From Octopus vulgaris (lineage: Eukaryota): DNA of 64,000 nt. The stretch's first letter is position 1, and each line of letters begins with the position of its first letter. The DNA lies in the NCBI GenBank assembly GCA_951406725.2, contig OX597838.1:39308001-39372000 (forward strand), given 5' to 3'. Positions 60,435 through 64,000 of the stretch are shown in pieces. The notes under the pieces were generated by a model, which saw nothing but the letters and a program-made list of their open reading frames with translations, did not search any database and had not been told where the DNA came from. A program made the position numbers and the translations under genes.

Positions 60435-62490
60435 TAGTTTCAGCTCAGGGCTGCGGCCATGCTGATGCACCGCCGTCTTGCGTCACACTGTTATTACGAA
60501 GAACCTTGTCTAACATGTGGCACCTGGTGAAGAATGGAGTTTGATATAGCTACTCTCATTTGCACCTCTTGCCGTGAGGTAGGTTCATCTGGGACTCTCG
60601 ACAGGAAGATCTCCAGCTTTGATTTAAAAACCGCTACATCTACTTTGTGCAAGTTCCTCAGACTCTTTGGGAGACTATTAAAAAGCTGTGGGCCCTTGAA
60701 ACCTAGGCTATTGCAGAAGCTGGTCCTAAATCGTGATGGTATTGCTGGGATCTGACACTATGCAGTGTCGTCCCGTTCTAGCATTGGTGTAGCTTACAAT
60801 GCCAAAATTTGGCACAATTCCTTCCAGGATCTTCCAGACATATATTACTGCATACCTCTCCCGTCTTCTCCCCAGGGAGTAGAGTCTTAGCTGTTTCAAC
60901 TTTTCCCAGTGGCTGAGCTGTTGCAAAGAGACGATCTTCTTTGTGAATCTTCTCTGGATTGCTTCAAGGTCCGCTGTTAATTTTACACTGGTGGGTGACC
61001 ATAGCTGTGAGCAGTAATCCAGGCGGCTGAGGACGGATGTCCGCCAGAGGACCATCATGGTTTCCTTATCTCTGGTTCTGAATGTTCTTAGGCTCCAGCC
61101 AGCCAGTCGTCTGCACTTTGTTGCCATCCTGGTAATGTGCACTTGGAAAGAGGTATCATCACTCATGTCGATACCCAGGTCACTCACAGACTTAGGCTCT
61201 GGGATTGAAATTCCCTGTGGACCGGTGTATCCTGTAAGTTTAATATTCAGTTTTGGATGCTGGTAGCGCAGGGCCTGGAATTTTTCAGCATTAAACTGCA
61301 TATTATTATCCTCAGCCCATCTTTAGATTGAGTCCAACTCCTGCTGCAGGTATGCAACATCGCTGGGGTTCTGTATTTTCTGCGAGACTTTCGTATCGTC
61401 TGCATAGGTGGCCAGAGTGGCTATCCGGGCATTTGAGGGCACATCTGAGAGGGCCACTATAAAAAGCAGTGGTCCCAAGACAGTGCCCTGTGGAACACCG
61501 CTCACTATTTGTGTGTTCATAGAGGTGGCTCCATTAACCACTACTGCCTGACTCCTATCTTTCAGGAAGTCATGCAACCACACTCCAAGTTTTCCAGCTA
61601 TGCCGAGGTCATGCAGTTTGTGGCATATCATACCATGATCCACCTTGTCAAAAGCTTTTGAAAAATCAAGGTAGATGACGTCCACATTTGATTTGTTGAG
61701 TAACTGCCTCACCACCCAGTCATAATGTTGTAAGAGCTGGGTCAGGCAGCTCCTACCTGGTCGAAAATCATGCTGGGTATCACTCAGCAAGTTATTTTCC
61801 TCAAGGAATGCGATTAGTTTCTTTCTAACTATCCGTTCTATGACTTTGCTGATGTGTGAAGTCAGAGAGATAGGCCTATAGTTTTTGGCATCTGCTCTAC
61901 TTCCCCCTTTATGTATTGGGCATATTACTCCCTCCTTCAGCTTGCTTGGCAGTTTGCTATTCGCAAGAAAGCTCTGGAAGAGAATCTTGAGGGGTTTTGC
62001 CAGGGCATGCTTACACGCTTTGAGGAGGATGGCTGGGAAACCATCTGGACCAGCAGCTGAGTTTGTGTCCCCTTCATCTCTGGCTAGTAGGACATCATTT
62101 TCGCTAATGTCAATACATTCTATTGTAACCGCCTCGCTGGTTATAGGTGAGGCGGCAAAGAAGTCCACTAGTTCGTTCACTTGTCTGTGTTCCAACGGGG
62201 TGGTAAAGACACTTTTGAAATGGTCATTCAGCATCTCACTGATCTTAGTTGAACTGTCTGTGAGGGAGACATCCTTTTGGAGGAGGGGTCCTGTCTTGTA
62301 GTGCACTGAGACTGTTTCTTTCGCGTAATGAAAGAAGGCCTTTGGGTTTGATTTAATGTTTTTTTTATAACCCAGGCTTCTTTGTCTGCTTTCTCCTTCA
62401 CATAGGATTGTTGCAGCCTTTTTTCGATCTCCATCAGTGTTGTTTTTAGGCGGGACGTTTCGCTACTTTTGGGATGTTGGTTGAGACGAT
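60435..62490 (-). mobile_element. CR1/L2-like LINE (RT and C-terminus), degenerate
   Basis: GPDG, NYRPISLTS, YLDFSKAFDKV, SGVPQGTVLGP, YADD, LDYCSQLWSP. Confidence 0.93.
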
Positions 62491-62493
62491 TTG

Positions 62494-62564
<71 letters not shown>

Positions 62565-62618
62565 GTATAAATTGATATAATATACATATATATATATATT
62601 TAATGTATAAATTGATAT

Positions 62619-62710
<92 letters not shown>

Positions 62711-62830
62711 CATATATACATATATATATTTACATACATATGGGTATGTATAGATATATCTATATGTATGTATATATATGTGTTATTTATTATATTATAT
62801 TATTTATTATATAATAGATTATATATATGT

Positions 62831-62897
<67 letters not shown>

Positions 62898-63083
62898 AAT
62901 TTAATAGTGTTCACTTCCGGACTCTCCCACTCTGTGAGTGCCTCAGTTCAAATCGCACGTGTCTTGAATGGGCTGGAGTATTTCTATTTTGGATTTATTT
63001 GGGCTACTTAGTTGTGCTCATGACTTAGTGTTTACGTCTTCCATGGCTATGAGTAAGTATCTCATTTACTTCTTTGCCACATA

Positions 63084-63142
63084 TATCACTGACGAAGGGA
63101 GGGTTCTTTTTTAACTAACCCTGAAATCGGTCCGATATGGTA
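63084..63142 (+). ncRNA. Minimal type I hammerhead ribozyme in a PLE pLTR (about 62900-63290)
   Basis: UAUCA-CUGACGA-AGGG..CCCU-GAAAUCGG-U-CCGAUA-UGGUA. Confidence 0.78.
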
Positions 63143-63294
63143 ATAATGGAATTTTTTTAGAGATTTCTGTCGACCTTTTTTCGAGTAACGTGCATACTAG
63201 GAAAAAATTATATGGTAAATGGACATTATGTCCAATTTTCGGCATATTTGGCATTAGAAATTTTTTTCGTTTGCCCTTATTTATAAGTTGTGTG

Positions 63295-63335
<41 letters not shown>

Positions 63336-63511
63336 TATTTATTTTACATCTGTTTCGCAACTGACTGACCCAGACACTATTCTTAGCTCCACAAGTAATA
63401 AAGTTATGTACTTCTGACCACCACTTCTGACGTGTCGAATATATTGATAAGAAATAATAGACACGAATCCAATGCTATCTTTCTGGGCGGTCATAAACAA
63501 CGACTACATAC

Positions 63512-63559
<48 letters not shown>

Positions 63560-64000
63560 CATGCACACAAGGTGGCGGGGTGGATCTGAAAGGTTCCTGG
63601 CTTGGGGTAAAACAAAATGCAGACGTATCAGTGAATTATGATTTTATTCACCGTATTCCCCTTTCAGGGCCGGTCCTTAAGTATATATATATTTCTAACT
63701 TCTGTAAAAGAACTCAGAAAGTTGGGCCTCCAACCAAGCCTTTCGTGACCTCCTTAAAACCAAGAAGTTTTCAGTACCGCCTCGTATATATTTTAAGCAA
63801 TATGGAGACTGGCACATTATCAATATTTTTACAGTTGGTCACACAGTATAATTATTTGGACATTTGGTCATTGTAACCAGATAACTGCTGTATGACTAAC
63901 TGTAAAATTGAAAGAAAAAAAATTGATGATGTACCTGTCACCTTATTCCTTTTAATCTCTTGAAATCTACAATCCTCGTATTATTCATGAACCAGGGAAA

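Overview
AT-rich, microsatellite-saturated animal genomic DNA, most likely Octopus (inferred from the recurring tRNA-derived SINE families and repeat make-up). Most of the window is transposon debris: Penelope-like elements (PLEs) with minimal hammerhead ribozymes, Helitrons, Tc1/mariner, CR1/L2-like and Dong/R4-like LINEs, an L1/Tx1-like ORF1 and SINEs. Hidden among them, and largely missed by the ORF track, is a cluster of three recently duplicated stanniocalcin-like secreted-protein genes. Copy B is complete (minus strand, 4 exons, 41267 to 25135, 206 aa, 10 Cys, intron phases 1/0/2 as in vertebrate STC1). Copy A has exons 1-2 in the window (minus strand). Copy C has exon 1 only (plus strand, head-to-head with B). 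Upstream of these genes, on the opposite strand, lies a diverged tandem repeat with a unit of about 351-354 nt. Its copies keep several hairpins through compensatory and G-U substitutions, making it a candidate undescribed structured ncRNA.
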